From the NCBI GenBank assembly GCA_040954595.2, contig CM082583.2, forward strand, positions 6,384,849 through 6,448,848: a DNA stretch of 64,000 nt. The letters are read 5' to 3'. Source of the DNA: Balanoglossus misakiensis (taxonomy: Eukaryota; Animalia; Hemichordata). The translations under genes and the position numbers were made by a program. Positions 12,207-27,039 of the stretch are shown one piece after another (the stretch's first letter is position 1; every line of letters starts with the position of its first letter). Below the pieces are notes generated by a model. The model had not been told where the DNA came from. It worked only from the letters and a program-made list of their open reading frames with translations, and did no database searches.

Positions 12207-15200
12207 AAAAATAGCAAAATGTAGGTGGAAAATAAAAATGAGCTGTATGGTCAAAATCTCATTGAGTATTGTAAAATTACTCTTTAAACTTCGTTGACGT
12301 GTCCACGTGACACTGTTGTATATTTCAATTTTCCCTGAAATTTCACTTGGCTTACCATAGTAATAATCAAATGAAGAATGTGGAGTTTTTCTTAGAGTTT
12401 TTCATCTGGCTGATGGATTCACACCAACAGAAGTACGAGGATATAAGGTCATGTAGGGGTCATGAAAATGGCCTTTTCCGAGGGGATTTCATTGACAGGA
12501 CAATTGCAGTGGCACGACATTCGAACTTCGCTAAAATGCGCCAGTATTTGCATGCGTTATTGTTTATCCGGGCGTGATTTTACAATTTTGCTAGTACAAG
12601 TGTACATAAACATAGCAATAGATAGTTCTGTATACAGGTGATGTCATAATATAACGCAATTATAACAGACGTCATCACCCCGATAGGTTCATTCTACCTT
12701 CAAAATATTCTATTAGCGGCGACTAGATTAAACTAATATTTTATTTGGGTCTGCATAATTGTCGCAGTGTGTGGATATGTATTGGTTCTACAATTTCGCC
12801 AGTAATTCAATTTTGAGATGAATTCAAATTTACACAACGTTCAGGTGGAATACATTGTATCACTAACACAAGCGCGTTTTTCTGATGTAGTGTAGAATCT
12901 CCCGTACTTCTGCCATGCAGGTAAATAATTTCAATTCTGAATCAATATTGTGTGATATTACAGTATTAAGTCTCTTTGTGTCTCGTTTGACTCGATGCAC
13001 CGACTTTGGCAACTGCCCTAAACACTGCGCCCGCGGTGAAATCACGTGAGAAATCTCCTTCGAAAACTTTGTCTTTCATTTCCCGCCTTCATTTCCCCCC
13101 ACCTTCACTTGCACTTTAGACGGGTGGTGGCAGATCCGCCGCATTCAACAGTCGCCATCTAAAATGTAATTCCAATTTATAAGTCTGTGCTGTCAGAAAA
13201 ACTATAAGCCGCATTTGTGGAGGGCCCAGTATTAATTTCCCGGGGAATTCGCCGGAGACGGGTATTAACAACATTTATACATTTTCAAATTTATCTAATG
13301 GGGTGGAGATTTAGTTAAGATCCAAGTATAAATTGTCCATACAAATAGCTGGACTACACATATCATGCGTTTCTTACTTTAACAATTTCATTACATCCAA
13401 GGGTTTTAAGACTCGCGGCAGATGGTCCGCAGCACGAGTCAATGATTGGAAAAGGGGCTTTATGTTTGACGAGATACCGTTTTCACACAGTCGAGCTGCT
13501 CGCAGGGAGTATTCATCCTTAATCTGCTAGAATTTATTTGAAGTCTCCCAGTAAAATACAATCTGTTCCAAGTCGATTTAATTACGCTAAACTGGATTTA
13601 GGGGGGATACGGAGTGTTTTGCAGTGGGATTTGTTGATAGTAATCCAACTGCCTTCTATTCACTGCGTAATTCCCATTATGTTGTACCATAAGTCCGTAC
13701 ACTTTGACTAACACAAGATAAATTAGAAAAATATTGAAGGCGAATTGGTAGCCAGGTAATTGATTCCTCGTCTGGTTAATGCGTCGTTTAGTCCAAAGCA
13801 TTCCGTATCCAACATCTTCTTGTAATAAGGTTAAGCCTGGATGCAAGAATAGGTGTCTTAATTTAATAGAGACTTACTAATTTAATGAAACATGCCTTTC
13901 TTTTAAATGAGTTGGAAAATGTATATGCTTAACAAATACCGGCGGATAAATGTGGCTGGCCATTATATGATTACAGTCGTGTACATCTAGGGGGGGTTCA
14001 GGTGCGCATGCGCCCAAATACTCGTATTTAACCTCCTAAGGAAAGGGAAAATACACAGCTCAAACTCATTCGCAAGATTAAATTTTAATATTGATGCGGC
14101 AAGCGTGTCCATGGGGCTGTTATGGTTTTATATTTAACGTACATTCAACAATCTGCGGAGTTCTACACCTGGAGCCGTGTTGACTCAACTGTACAGGACT
14201 TCCATGTACACCGGGGCTAGATTTTGATCAGTACATACATGATGCATCGCGTATTTGTGAAGCCGAGGCAGAGCGGCACTCATTAATCTTGGCGTCAAAA
14301 TCACCAGCGCCAAAGCTTACATAGACTCGAGAAGACGAAGAAGAGAAAAAAATACTGGAACAAACTATTTCCTGTCTTATCTCGAGAGCTGTAAATCGTG
14401 AGAGACTGTTAATGTTGATCAAAAGTGTAAAGTAGAGGCGCTGTTTTAACTGAATTAGACGTGTATGCGGTAACGATGATGGTATAGTTCAGGTGTTGCG
14501 GCTTGATATTAACGACTCCGCGGAGTGCGGCAGCGTCCCCTCCACGTGAGACCGCAGATACACACCGTGCCTGCGTGTTCTACTTTTGCCGCAGTTCAAT
14601 GCAAGATACAGTAAGCATCGCAGAAGTGCATGAATCTAACAATTAGCCACCAACGAAAACCATCTGCTGTCATTTGAAATAATCAAACCAAGCAGTTGCT
14701 TCACAACGTCACGTGTTTCAGCCGTCTATTAATCCAGTATTGTCGTGATTTCCTATGGAAATCATCAGATTTACTCATTAAAAGTTATGTATGATTATTA
14801 AAATGGATGTAATTTATATCAGTTCAAATTGCCAACGTCAGGAATATTTAAGGTAGCGATGCAAGTTTACCTCAGTATCAACTTTTTTTTCAAAACCAAA
14901 GGACATAAAATACATTTTCAGAAAGCTGAGTATGCCATAGACAGTTTACTCAAAACCCCAAATTGATACGTTTATCTAAAATGTCATTTTTTAAGTTCCG
15001 GAGATGATATCGCTGTCTTAGATAGAATATCTCAATTGAAACAAGAGCCTCCATGGTAAAAACGTCCTTTTTATTTTGCGCCCCTTTCCTCAATCGACAT
15101 TTTCTTGACCCCCCCCCCTCCACCCCACCCCACCCATCGGTATGGTAAACATCAGATGCACTGGTAATTAAGGTCAAAGGTCAAAAGAGAGCAGCGATTT

Positions 15201-16101
15201 CACCTACCCTTCAATTAACCCCGACGAAAACATGTGTTATGTACAATACGTGTTACATGAAAGGAAATTGTATGGTGGTTAAAAAGTATTATCGTCAGGT
15301 AGTTTGAAGAATTTTACATGCACATCAAGTATTATTTGATTCCCGCTATAGAAAAAGGGCAATACCGGGAACATTGTAGATCCAGCCTCTGGTGCCACAC
15401 GAAGAATTTAAATAGGAACATTTGATTTATAAGATATGCGAGGTTTTTTTTTATTGCTTCTGGGAATTTCAGTAGTCAAACCCCTTACTCCGTTCGGGTT
15501 TATCCGGTGGATTTCATTTCGCTTTATTCTTAGAGCCACCAAGATCACACATATCAAAAATTGACATTCTTCAACCATTATGAATATTGTACGGAGACGC
15601 ACACGACCGTTGAACACAGGGCAATTAGTTTTTGTGTCAAAGAATATTGCAAATTGTCAAAGATAAATATCTAGTTAGTTTTAACAAGTGCTTGTAAAAC
15701 CTGAGCACTGAATGCAATATTCATATCAATGTAAGTATCATCAAGATCCTAAATATCGTTTTTCGTGTTCTACTCACTTGCCATCTTTTATTTCGTGTCA
15801 TATAACCCTTTTCGCTCAGATGATTAATTTTCCATTTCCGGGCTATTTTTAAATAGTATTTTGTTATTTTGCCTACATGAATGTGGTGTTACTCGTGTAA
15901 TACGTCAATAGAGTTTCCTGTTTTTACAATAACAGAATGAGTGCAAAAACACTATCATTAATTGTTCCTTTATCTGGGGCTACGAGGAACCGTGAGGAGA
16001 GATTACAGCGCCATGCATGTACTTCATGCTAAATGTTATTGTACAGGTATTTGCGACAAGGACGACGACAAAACAACAACATCTACAATACAGCGGACAC
16101 A

Positions 16102-16166
16102 CCACCATCATCATCACCACCACCACCACCACCACCACCACCACCACCACCACCACCACCACCACC

Positions 16167-16222
<56 letters not shown>
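16102..16222. repeat. Compound microsatellite (CAT)n(CAC)n(CAA)n
   Basis: Directly visible; explains the poly-H/Q/T/P ORFs. Confidence 0.98.
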
Positions 16223-17135
16223 CCGCGCACAGCATGGACACCTACCCGACCCCAGGTCACCTTATCCGAACATTAACCTGGGGGTACCCCCCCTCCAATT
16301 CCACCATTACCCTGAGGGCACCCTATACACTTTAACATTACCCAAGCGTATCGCGTGGGAGGGGGGGATAATTCCACAAGGCATTTCTCCATGAAAAGGA
16401 AAAGGTCTAACCATAGACCCTGGTTTAACTTCGTCTTAACTTTTAATCATTGTGTCTATAGAGCAATATCAACTGAAGCTTATAGAAACCCAGTCATGTG
16501 ACTGGATCACGTTCAATGATTGGTGGCCAGATCTCGGGCCTGAATAGTATCGTACATTACGCGAATTAGTCGTTGACGCAATCCGAGCTTTTGCGCAAGG
16601 GGTGGCCTTTCCTTAATGTACTGAAATCTAAGTTTAACAGGTTCAATTAAACTTAGCTTGGGGCTTCGGTTGCCCACTGTGATTGAATATAAATAACTTA
16701 CTTAAGTGAAAGCCTTGTGGACTCGTACACCGAAAAACCATACCCTGATCCACGGAGGCGAGGACAGACAGTAAACTGTCTTCATTTGTATGCAAAAATA
16801 AATGACATCGGTTAAATCCAGAACTGCCGAGCTCAAATTTAATAGATGTAATTTATTTGACTATTTTTGGTTTATCAAAGGTGGTAACGAGTACTCGTCG
16901 AGATTAGTAATTCTCTTTATTGCAAGTCATTATTGATATGGACGTTTTGGCTATCCAGGCATACATCTGCACCGGGGAGATCTATTAAAGAGATGAGCGA
17001 CTCTCACGCATAGCTGTTGTTTAAACTGAAAATAGTAATTTACCGTCACGACAACAGTATAGGGGGTACGATCCAAAGGAAGAGGCTTGTGATACAAAAA
17101 ATACTTCTGTAGGTTTTATTTGAGGAGAGTGGGGA

Positions 17136-17220
17136 AGAGAGAGAGAGAGAGAGAGGAGGGAGAGAGAGAGAGAGAAAGAGAGAGGGGAAGGGAGAGGCAG
17201 ACAGACAGAGAGAGACAGAC
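17136..17220. repeat. GA-rich/(GACA)n simple repeat
   Basis: Directly visible purine-rich tract. Confidence 0.9.
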
Positions 17221-20200
17221 ATAGAGCGAATGTCATTTCCATTTAGATTAATATGACCTGTGGAATGCTTCGACGACAGAACCAACCAAATGGACAGTCC
17301 TGACACGAATTATATTTAAGTAATTTCGACATTGCTCCTTAGGTTGGCCACAGTCATTCAGTCTGTTTATTGTCCATCCTTTTCACATGTTTATAAAATT
17401 TACCCGGTTTGCCGAATTCATCCCCGACTCCATTCACATCAGATGAAAGTTGCCAGCGAGAAGCACGCCTGTCTGGTTATATACACGTATAGATTTTGAT
17501 GATCTAGGTCCTAAGACTGTATTAAAATATGGGGAAATACATAAGAAAGCTTTAATGGCATGTCCGTGAAGGAGAGGTTTTCTATCTTACGGCATTAAAT
17601 CTTATAATATGCTATTGATAAATTGTTAGCGACAAATCTCTCCTAATGGGAGACAAAACGCGGAGGTACTGTGTTTATAACAAGTAATTTTGACATGGAG
17701 TGTTATTCTGAACGAGAATACACACAATTCCCATGATAATCTGCCGCCTTGAAATATGGCATTTATCTAATGCGAATATAAATTGGTCCGCTGCAGTGCC
17801 ATGGATATTAACACTCTTATATTAACATTTCCGCATGTCGTATGAGATACACCATGTGTAAGCGATTTATGTTAAATTGTGATGACACGCTTAATAGTTG
17901 TATGGAATGACGAGGGATTGCAACGCGCGCCGTAATGGCTGCGGCACGACGCTGTAAGACGGCAATAATCATCGGCATCTTCACCATTGAAATAAGCAAT
18001 AGAATTAGGAATGAATTGGTCAGACTGTAGCTTTTCGTTGTCTCTAGTGCCACCGCTTACTTTATGGACTGTTTAGGGGAGGAATATTGTATAATTCCAT
18101 GAGAATGAAGGCAAGAAATAACGTTTATATGACCACTGTGTAGGATGTAACGTTCACAATAGAAACTGAAAGTGACCCCTACTTCCATCTAATGAAACAA
18201 TAATAACATAACTTAGTTGGTCGACATATTACAGGGCGATAGTTGGCCCAGGAGATTTCTATAGGACTGGCCTGGAAGATGTTGATAGGGTTGGCCTACG
18301 TGTCTTTCTGACGGGTATCTTTAGATTCCGATGCCTAGACTAACTGATGTGAACTTTGTGGTTGCCGGGTGGTTTGGGTGATCCCCTAGAGAATGGGAAA
18401 GGCCTCCACCTGTAGAATCGGTCAGTGCAGCCGACACACCGTACATGTACAGGAATCAGCTAGCCTATAAATTACTGGTTTGGAATGAGTGATACCTATA
18501 CAGATTAGTCAACTCGGGGATAAAAATCAATGGAGAGAGGGAGAGGGGGAGAGAGAGTCAGAGAGACAGACAGACCCTAAGAAACACAGGACAAAACCAA
18601 GATAATATCGGCAGTTTAATTGTCTAATAGAAAACACTAAATATCGTAATTAACACCCGCATATGATATCGAGTACATCTGACAAGTCACTAATGACAAC
18701 ATATTACAATTCCATTTCCTCGGGCTTACACGACGCCCGTCACTTCCACATCAACGCCGGAAATTGACGAGTGAGGCTACTCACCTGTGCGTTGACATTT
18801 AAAGTTGGTACAATTGACATCATTTAATGCATTTGTTTGCGTCACACATGGGCGGTTACGCACTGTAAGTACTCGCAGACGTTTCAGACGAGCGCCGAAA
18901 TTCCACGTCAACCGGTCTCAGTGCCGGATGTTCACCCTCAGGGTGGTCAAAATGTGTATTTGTTTATTTAGGATACTGAGACACCTGTCCAATCGTCCCA
19001 CGAAAGAGAGAAAATGCCACAAATTGATGGGTGTATTTGAAAATTGCACATACATACTAGTACTTATTTTCATGGCATATTTTCACGCAAGAGTGAATCA
19101 GTAACTACGTGGTTTTGCGACGAATCGCGGCGGTAAATGTAGATTTAAACAGAGAGGGGCTTGTGTTTTGGTTTTTAGATATTTAAATTAATCAAAAATC
19201 AAGGATAATTCAACCAAAATTGATTGTGTATAGTCTGGCTCTAGCAAACTCTCTTCAAATTATTTCCGGCGTCGGACGCACCGGCTCGAAATCATTGATT
19301 AAGCGCACACACATTCAGCTGCCCGTTTAATTATCAAAATAGGATGTTTCGCAAATAAACGTCTTTTAATCGTGACCACAATTACTGGGTAATTCCGTGT
19401 AATTATTTCATCAGATATGCACCAGCGCATACCCCCACGCTTGCGCGTGCGTAGTGGGCTCAAGTTAGTTGCTACACCCACGGTTTGTTTGAATCTGTTT
19501 TTTTTTTCTGTCCGACCACATTTAATTCCATTATTTTATGCGGCTATAAGCAACGTGCTTTCATAACAAATGAGTTCGTTTTGCTCTGTATATTACCACT
19601 ACAAGAATCGAAAGGGAGTTTGTTGGGCTGTTGTTTGTTTTAGCCAGTGTGGTAAGATAATCCCCCATCTTCGGAATACTTTGCTCTCGTTAGCTCGGCG
19701 TTTTGCTACGAAGGTCTCCTTCTCCTGCAGTCGGCTTGATGGTCTTCGGAGCTGCCCTTTATTTCCTTCCGAGTGATTAATACGTGTCATTTACACGGGA
19801 TTTAATGGAGATGTAAAATTACGCTTTTACGATCACTGAATACATGTATATTGATTAAATAAAACCTAATATTTTAAAAATGGCCCAATTAATGGGGAAT
19901 ACGTCCCCCAGAGATCGTTGCATGCCACTATAAATACTATTACTGTTAGCCCGAGCACCTTGTATTTCAGACGAGCACCGTCCCCAAAAGACCGTAATAC
20001 ATCGTGTTTCTTGCATCCATGCATCTTCCTCTTGATTGAAGCACTCTGAAAGGAGCGTTAAAACATCATAAAACTTTAAAAGCCTCTCATCAGAGACTCT
20101 TTTTTACGGCAAATTATAATGGATGTATAAGTCTATTGGTTTTGGTGAAACTTATAGGTTTGGTGCTAACAATGTGGTATTATTTACCATCAATGTTTGA

Positions 20201-21324
20201 TGAAGCACTTTACCAAAGACGTCTAATTACGTCGACCAAAGGCAAACTTGATGAGTATCAATATAGCAATATAAAATGCACAGACAGATAGATGTGTACG
20301 CGCACGCGTAGAAAGGAACGGAACACACGTGTTTGCTCTTTTATACTTCGAGTGCATGTATAAACATTTAAGAATGATATTAACTGCTGGGATTTTTGTT
20401 TCTCTCGAAAATTTCGCTTTGTAAAACAGACATTGACATATGACGTACTTAATATTGATTAGCCGATCTCAGCATTGTCCAACGTAGATGATCACAGGAC
20501 TTTGTTAATTTCTTCAGGAACACAGAGCATTGGGGAATGCCTTCAGTTCCCACACCACTGCTTTAAACCATGCAGGACATGCTGCACATTGCAACCCCCC
20601 CCCCCCCGAATTTTTTTTTTTACATAATTTAAATATCTAACATGGTCTCGTCATACTTAAATATTCTTTCTTTTCCCATAATTTCCTCAACTTGAGTCCG
20701 CGATTTTCAAGAGGTATCATTGTTTTATTTTTAAAACGTACGTCATGCTGCCTGTTCTGAGTAGAGCACGCTCGAAATTCGACACCTAAGACTTTATCCA
20801 CCATTGACTTGATTTCAATTCGGTCGAGTAAAAGAAGACCATCAGGCCGGCGGGTATACCGAGCGCATATCATCACTTTACTAATTAAAAGGATTAATAT
20901 TTCATCTGGATTGGCATCTCTTGATGGATGTTAAAAGATGGACTCTCGACAAGCTTGGTGGCGTAATAAGTAAAACAGAATTTGGATGAACCCCCGGTTC
21001 GTTTGCCCGGGTTTTCATCAAAAGACGCTGTTGTGCCTGTCAACGCATGCGCGATTTGCAGGGCGACATCGTCCCGAGGTATTCCGCTCTACCCGCGAGC
21101 GCTACGCATCAGGAATAAAAACGTTTACAAGATTGTGTTCAGGATAACACACGCGTAGGCACCAGTAGTGGTGGACGGACAAACACAGCATCCACAGGGA
21201 ATCACCATAGATATTACTCCAATTCTTATCATTTCTGAGCTCAGGTCATGGGTTTTGTTTACCGAGAATCTTTGTTTGATTCAAAAATGAGTGTAAATCA
21301 AACAAAGGTATGTTAACAGACCTA

Positions 21325-21409
21325 GATAGAGACAGACAAATATAGAGACATACGCGGAGACAGGCAAACAGACAGGGACAGACAGGGACAGACAGACAGA
21401 CAGACAGAC
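21325..21409. repeat. Degenerate (GACA)n simple repeat
   Basis: Directly visible. Confidence 0.8.
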
Positions 21410-24400
21410 GCTAATGATGATGCATCATTTAGGTCAGTGAGAATCCAAACCGATTTATAAGGCCCTGTGCTATCTGTATATATCAACATTAATCGCCGTT
21501 TGAAAAACGTATCCCTTTTCGCCAATATTCTAATCTTGTATGCTTGCTAGAGGGGGTTATGTCCATTAACAGAGTAGCTTTGCCACTAAATAATATAGTT
21601 TTATAGGTTACCAGTCTTTATCACTGCCAATAGTATGCAATTTCAAAGGGTACGTGAAAGAAGATAGTACTGGCCACAAAATCTGATAAAATTACATAAG
21701 GGGAAGTCACACCTCTTGCAATACACCCTCTGGGCAATAGCAGTACAACATTTTAGTGCAACAAAAGAATGCGATTTCAAAGAGATTTCAGATCGATTAA
21801 GTCTTGTGGGTGGATTTCTTTTCTTCATGCTGGTACTGAACTGACTCAAGGTTCCTTAGTTGAAAACATACACATATCAGACTGTATGATAATAGTAAAT
21901 AATAATAGTATCATTCCAGATGATATGAAGGGAAATCATGAAGTCGTAGCATGTAATATCTTTTCATATACATTAATAATCACGCATTAATTGTGATGAT
22001 TAATACAATGGTTTGTTTCTGTAATGCTTCAATTCCAAAGTGATGTTTTTCCCCTGGAAATAGAATACGTTGTTTGTCTGATTTAGAAAATAGAACAAAT
22101 ATATTTATGGATAGGATCAGGAGAAAAGACAAATATTAAAATCAGGAGCGTAGCAGAGTTATTGATTTTGTTTTCTCTCTGGTTAACATCAAGTCAAATT
22201 AGATATATACATGTACAGGTATTAAATGGCAAGAAATGGTTAGAATTTGGCATGCGTAGCTTGCAAATTAATGAAATTATCAAATATTTTTCAGATAATG
22301 GCTGTTTATGGAGAGCATGTACCAAAGCAAAATGGAAGAATTTGACTCAAGTTAGTTCAGAACTGGTGCAGTGGAAACCTTCTGTGTTGAAGATTAAATA
22401 AACATCAATGTATGATTAAGGTAGGACTAGTATTTTGCAAAAATTAATACATATTTGTTTTTTACCATTTCACATTTTCACTGGCTTGAAAACGACTGAT
22501 ATACAATATCACGTGGCCCAGATAGACGAATCAACGTGTCTGGATTTGTTGACGCGCAAGGTACGCGTATATGTGTCACGCTTTTAGCTTGATTACGCTG
22601 TTGTGCATGGTCTAATTTTTATCACCTTATACATTTAAACCACTCTTTAAAAATCGACGCAATTAGGTTAATGATTGTAATTTTCGATCGATTTGTGAAG
22701 TGGGCTTTCCCCCCCCCCCTCCTTCACACATTCTGTCAGCATATCACTTTTAAATTGTCTAATTATCACAATGCGGAGGAACCTTCACAACTCTGATGTC
22801 GATTGGAACAAAACTTCGTCTTGACCATGCGGAAAAGTAGTCAATGTGCCCTGGACATGGATTTGAAGAGACAAAGAAAGCACACTTGACTTAGACATCA
22901 TCTGAAGGAGGGGGGGGAGACTAATGTAATCACGTGGTGTAACATCTGCCGCCGATAGTAATTTTCATTTCATAAAGCGCGCTTGTGAAATGCAATATCC
23001 TGTCTTTTTGTGATATGCATCAAAGCAAGATCATCAAGCAATGGCAATCCATTTCATCTTCCACAAATCTTCTAACAATCTAAATCGCATCCGGGCTAGA
23101 TGAGTAAAAATAATAATTTTCGGGGAAATAACTCTTCCACGTAAATACTAGCGCCGTGGCATATAAACGGCTGTAATCGGTTGAATACCGGCTATCCGAT
23201 TCGAGGTCGAGATACAGACTTAATTATTTCATTATGTCCGTTCCCGTACAATGAATCACTGGGTTTTTTTTGCGTCAAGAAGTCGATATCATTAGCACTA
23301 TGGTGTGAAGAGTTCTGCTTGTCATGACAGTCATCCTCTGATCGGTACGTGAAGATGATGAATAGGAAATGAACAAAAGAAGATTACAAAGTAGATTATT
23401 CGAAAACGCTGACGCATGCGTAGAAAGTCAAGAAACACGTAAAAATAGAAGTAACCTTGGGTTGATTAAATTGATTCAGAGTTCTGTTTTTTAATGATTT
23501 CTGTAAATCTTGAGACCAGAACTGTGAAACTTATTTTAAGACGTCAAAAACTTAAACTCATTTGGTTTTTAATTTATTTGACTTGTTTAACTTGTTTCAC
23601 GTGGAATTAATTGCAAGGCGTAAAGGATACTGAGGCGCTTGAGCAACACGCTTACCGTGATAGTATCAAAGATGTAGCATAGTTTTATGGTACACACTGG
23701 AAATTATGACGTCGTAGTACCACGTTTAGGACGAATTTTTCTTTGAAATAAGGCGCCCTTTTGATTGATGTTATTACCTCCATATATGCTATGGCGTCAC
23801 ACAAATTTCTGGAACCGTGGATTACTGGCCCGGAGCAAAGCCCTCCAAAGAAAAGTTTTGATTGACCCATAACACACAAAGTTATTCAACCTCCTATGTG
23901 CATCGGTTCATTTGATAAAACTTAAACGACAAAATTTTCTCGCGCGAAAGGAAACAAGCGAGGAAGTGGCTATCGTCTTGCGTCACTTTCCTAATCAACT
24001 TCTCCTCGTGCTGACCGCTAATTGGGTTCAGAATCAACACCTGAGCGGGTAGACACCAAGCGCTTAAATAATTCCCAACACATTTAGTGTAATTTCTACG
24101 CGTACGACCTATGACGCAAACAAGAATGCGATATCACAGAATATAATCACCTGCACAGAAAAACCCTTTTAATTATCCGAAAGCAACGGGGGATTGATCT
24201 GGGTTAACTTAATGGCCGCTATACAGTAGACTCAACAGGTGGGCGATTTAAGTAGAAGACGCAGTGGGTACTTATCGTAGCAATGACATCGGCCGACGGA
24301 TTGACATTATACGTACTTGATTCAAGTATTGCCCGGGAGGGAGTAACCATCAACACCTCCTTCAGTCCAAGAATTTCTCATTGCCGCCTCTCTGCTTGAA

Positions 24401-26823
24401 AATACTCGTAGCAGTCGTAAAAAAAGACGACCAGATATACTGAGCGTAGCTGTCCAGTGTTTCAACAACAATGGTCTTTTACAGCTACAGATTTGAGATC
24501 AAAACATTCAGGTATCGTGATTTCAGCGATTTAATAAGCACTCATACTCGACACAGCGTCATTTGTTCTAATCTGATTCAGAAGGTACTTTTCAGTGGCT
24601 TGGGGTGCGTTTTGGTTAAACAAATTGAAGTAACATTAAATTGTGGCAACATTAAACGAAATAACCATCAATATGATTACACTAGAGAAATTATCAAGTG
24701 CATGCTCTCTTCTTGCGGAAGGTTAGTTTGGCAATGCAAATTCCCTGCTCCAAAATGTGTCAGTGGTCAAACCTCTGTTAAATTCTGTAAATAACAATAT
24801 GATAAAATGAGACCAAAAATGGTGCTATAATGTGAAGACAAATGATTGGCTGTGATGTCTCGTCACCCAGGCAACGATCTCTTTCACGCATGTCTGATTA
24901 AATCGCACCCAGCGAGCATTAATTTTCCAAAATGTGTTTTAATAACTTGGTACTTAATGAGATGGCGGAATATAGAACAGAAAAAACAACAACAATGATT
25001 TATGGTAAAGTACACAGTATATGACCCAGAACAAAAACGTCCATTTTCATTGCAAGAAAATAGTGCAGTGTGTAATATAGTCTTTGTGTCTGTCTATCGG
25101 TCTGCCTGCCTGTTGATTATGATATATCTGTCACTTTCAAATCGGTAGAGACGTTTTACAGAACCGTATTAAACAAATTAAATCGAAAAAAAAGTATAGG
25201 GCCGAATTTGGAGTAGAAATGTCACAAAGGAGAGTGCTCAGGACCGCGTAAAACGTTCATCCTTCATTATCGGCAACATATCTCAAGAACAACAATATTG
25301 ATGATAAACTGGGTCTTTCGTAGCCAGAGATCGGTTGTATGTTGGCAATACACAAAATAGTGAATGTTCCCAAGGGTAGCACTTTAAAACACACATTGTC
25401 AAGGGAGACCATGCCGCTAGAGTCATTGGTGAATAACAACGAGCATTTTGAGGGCGTCGTTTACAATTTCACTTGTTGATGAAGCTTCGGGTCCACAGCA
25501 CCACAGTCCAGTATGTAAAGTCTGCAATCAGATTTACGACATCTCAGTCCCACTTTTCAAATTTGAAGCGTTTGTATGACTACGGTCAATGCTTACACTG
25601 GTTTATGTCCAGATGTAGGGAAAAAGTAATCCAGACCTCGCCATTTTCCAGTTCATAGATAGGTGGCGCTGTGGCTAATATATCAACTACTGGGATTGCT
25701 CTCCATGAGGAAAGAACGAATAACAAAGCTGTAAGGATGTGTACACGTAACATCTATCTACTCCAGAAACCGATAAGATTCGCTTTGACAGACGGCAAAG
25801 CAGCGCAGATATCAGCCCCGCAATAGAATTTCTACATCAAACCGCAGATAAAATTAATAAGCTTACTGCATATTTAATATTTTACTTCATTGAATCTGAT
25901 ATACTGAGATTGGTCTCCCTAACAGATGAATAGAAGGCAGATATATTAATCAATAATGGCTGTTAATGATGAGATGACGTTTGGCTGGCCGCAGGATGCT
26001 AGCTGAAGGTAGTGTAATTAATCTTTAGATTTTCAGATATCTGTGCATACATCTAGCTTTCCCCCATGGGACATCGTCCCCAAGATGTAAACCATTTATT
26101 AATATCAGCAAAAGTCGATGACAATCCCGTCGTTTAATTATTAAAATTCAATTTGATAGAGAATGTACAATTAATGACCTCTAGACAATAGAGAAGGGTA
26201 GTCACAGAGAAAGTAATCAGTAAATTACTGTAAGAATATCTGGATAGCCGGGACTCAATCTGCCCAAGTATAATTAAAAATCCATGCTTGTTTCCCAAGG
26301 GTTTTGCTAATGGTAGTGTCCAGAATGAAATCAAACCGTTGTGTTGTATTGTCAGTGCCTCCCTTGAGCGAGTGCCTATCGATGGGGCTGTCAATCAAAG
26401 ATCGACTTACACTATTTGATCAGACCAACATCCTCTCGTTGAGATGTGCTGGATACGCGATCTATCTTCAATTTGACTATTTCTGTCCTAGAACTGATTT
26501 CTTTATTTTTTTTGCTTCGAAGCACCTGCAGATTCGCGAAGATTATTAAAACCGCATCTGGCTAGTTTTGTCTGAAAAGATGGAATTGTGTTTCACTGTG
26601 TGATTTAAGCTTCTTAGAACAAATACCGTTTCATGTACACGGTGATATTTGTGTTCTAATGGCTTGAAATCACATATAATTGTCGTAACGGAAGCGTGGA
26701 TTTACCCCTGTGTCAGCTAGCCAGCCAGTCAGAGAATAAGTGATACAGTCAGCGACTCAATCATTAGTCCCAGTTGTGTCTGTTTGGCATGGCAGCCAGC
26801 TAAACCAACGAGCGTTCGTATTA

Positions 26824-27039
26824 ACCAGCCAGCCAGCCAGTCATTACTAACATCACTCAGTCCGTCCGTCCGTCCGTCCGTCTGTCTGTCCGTCGGCCAG
26901 CCAGCCAGCCAGCCAACCAACCAACCAACTAACTAAACCAACCAGAGTCTGTCAGTGAGTGAGTGAGTGAGTGAGTGAGTGAGTCAGTCAGTCAGTCAGT
27001 CAGTCAGTCAGTCAGTCAGTCAGTCAATCAATCAATCAA
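26824..27039. repeat. Compound tetranucleotide microsatellite (CCAG, TCCG, CCAA, CTAA, GTGA, GTCA, ATCA)
   Basis: Directly visible successive arrays. Confidence 0.95.

Noticed and set aside
15962-16394. Poly-H/Q, poly-T/N and poly-P ORFs
   Set aside because: All frames are open only because of the (CAC)n(CAA)n repeat.
18785-18862. Isolated minus-strand 78-nt exon candidate (CAG|GTGAGT donor)
   Set aside because: Weak polypyrimidine tract, no recognisable peptide and no partner exons.
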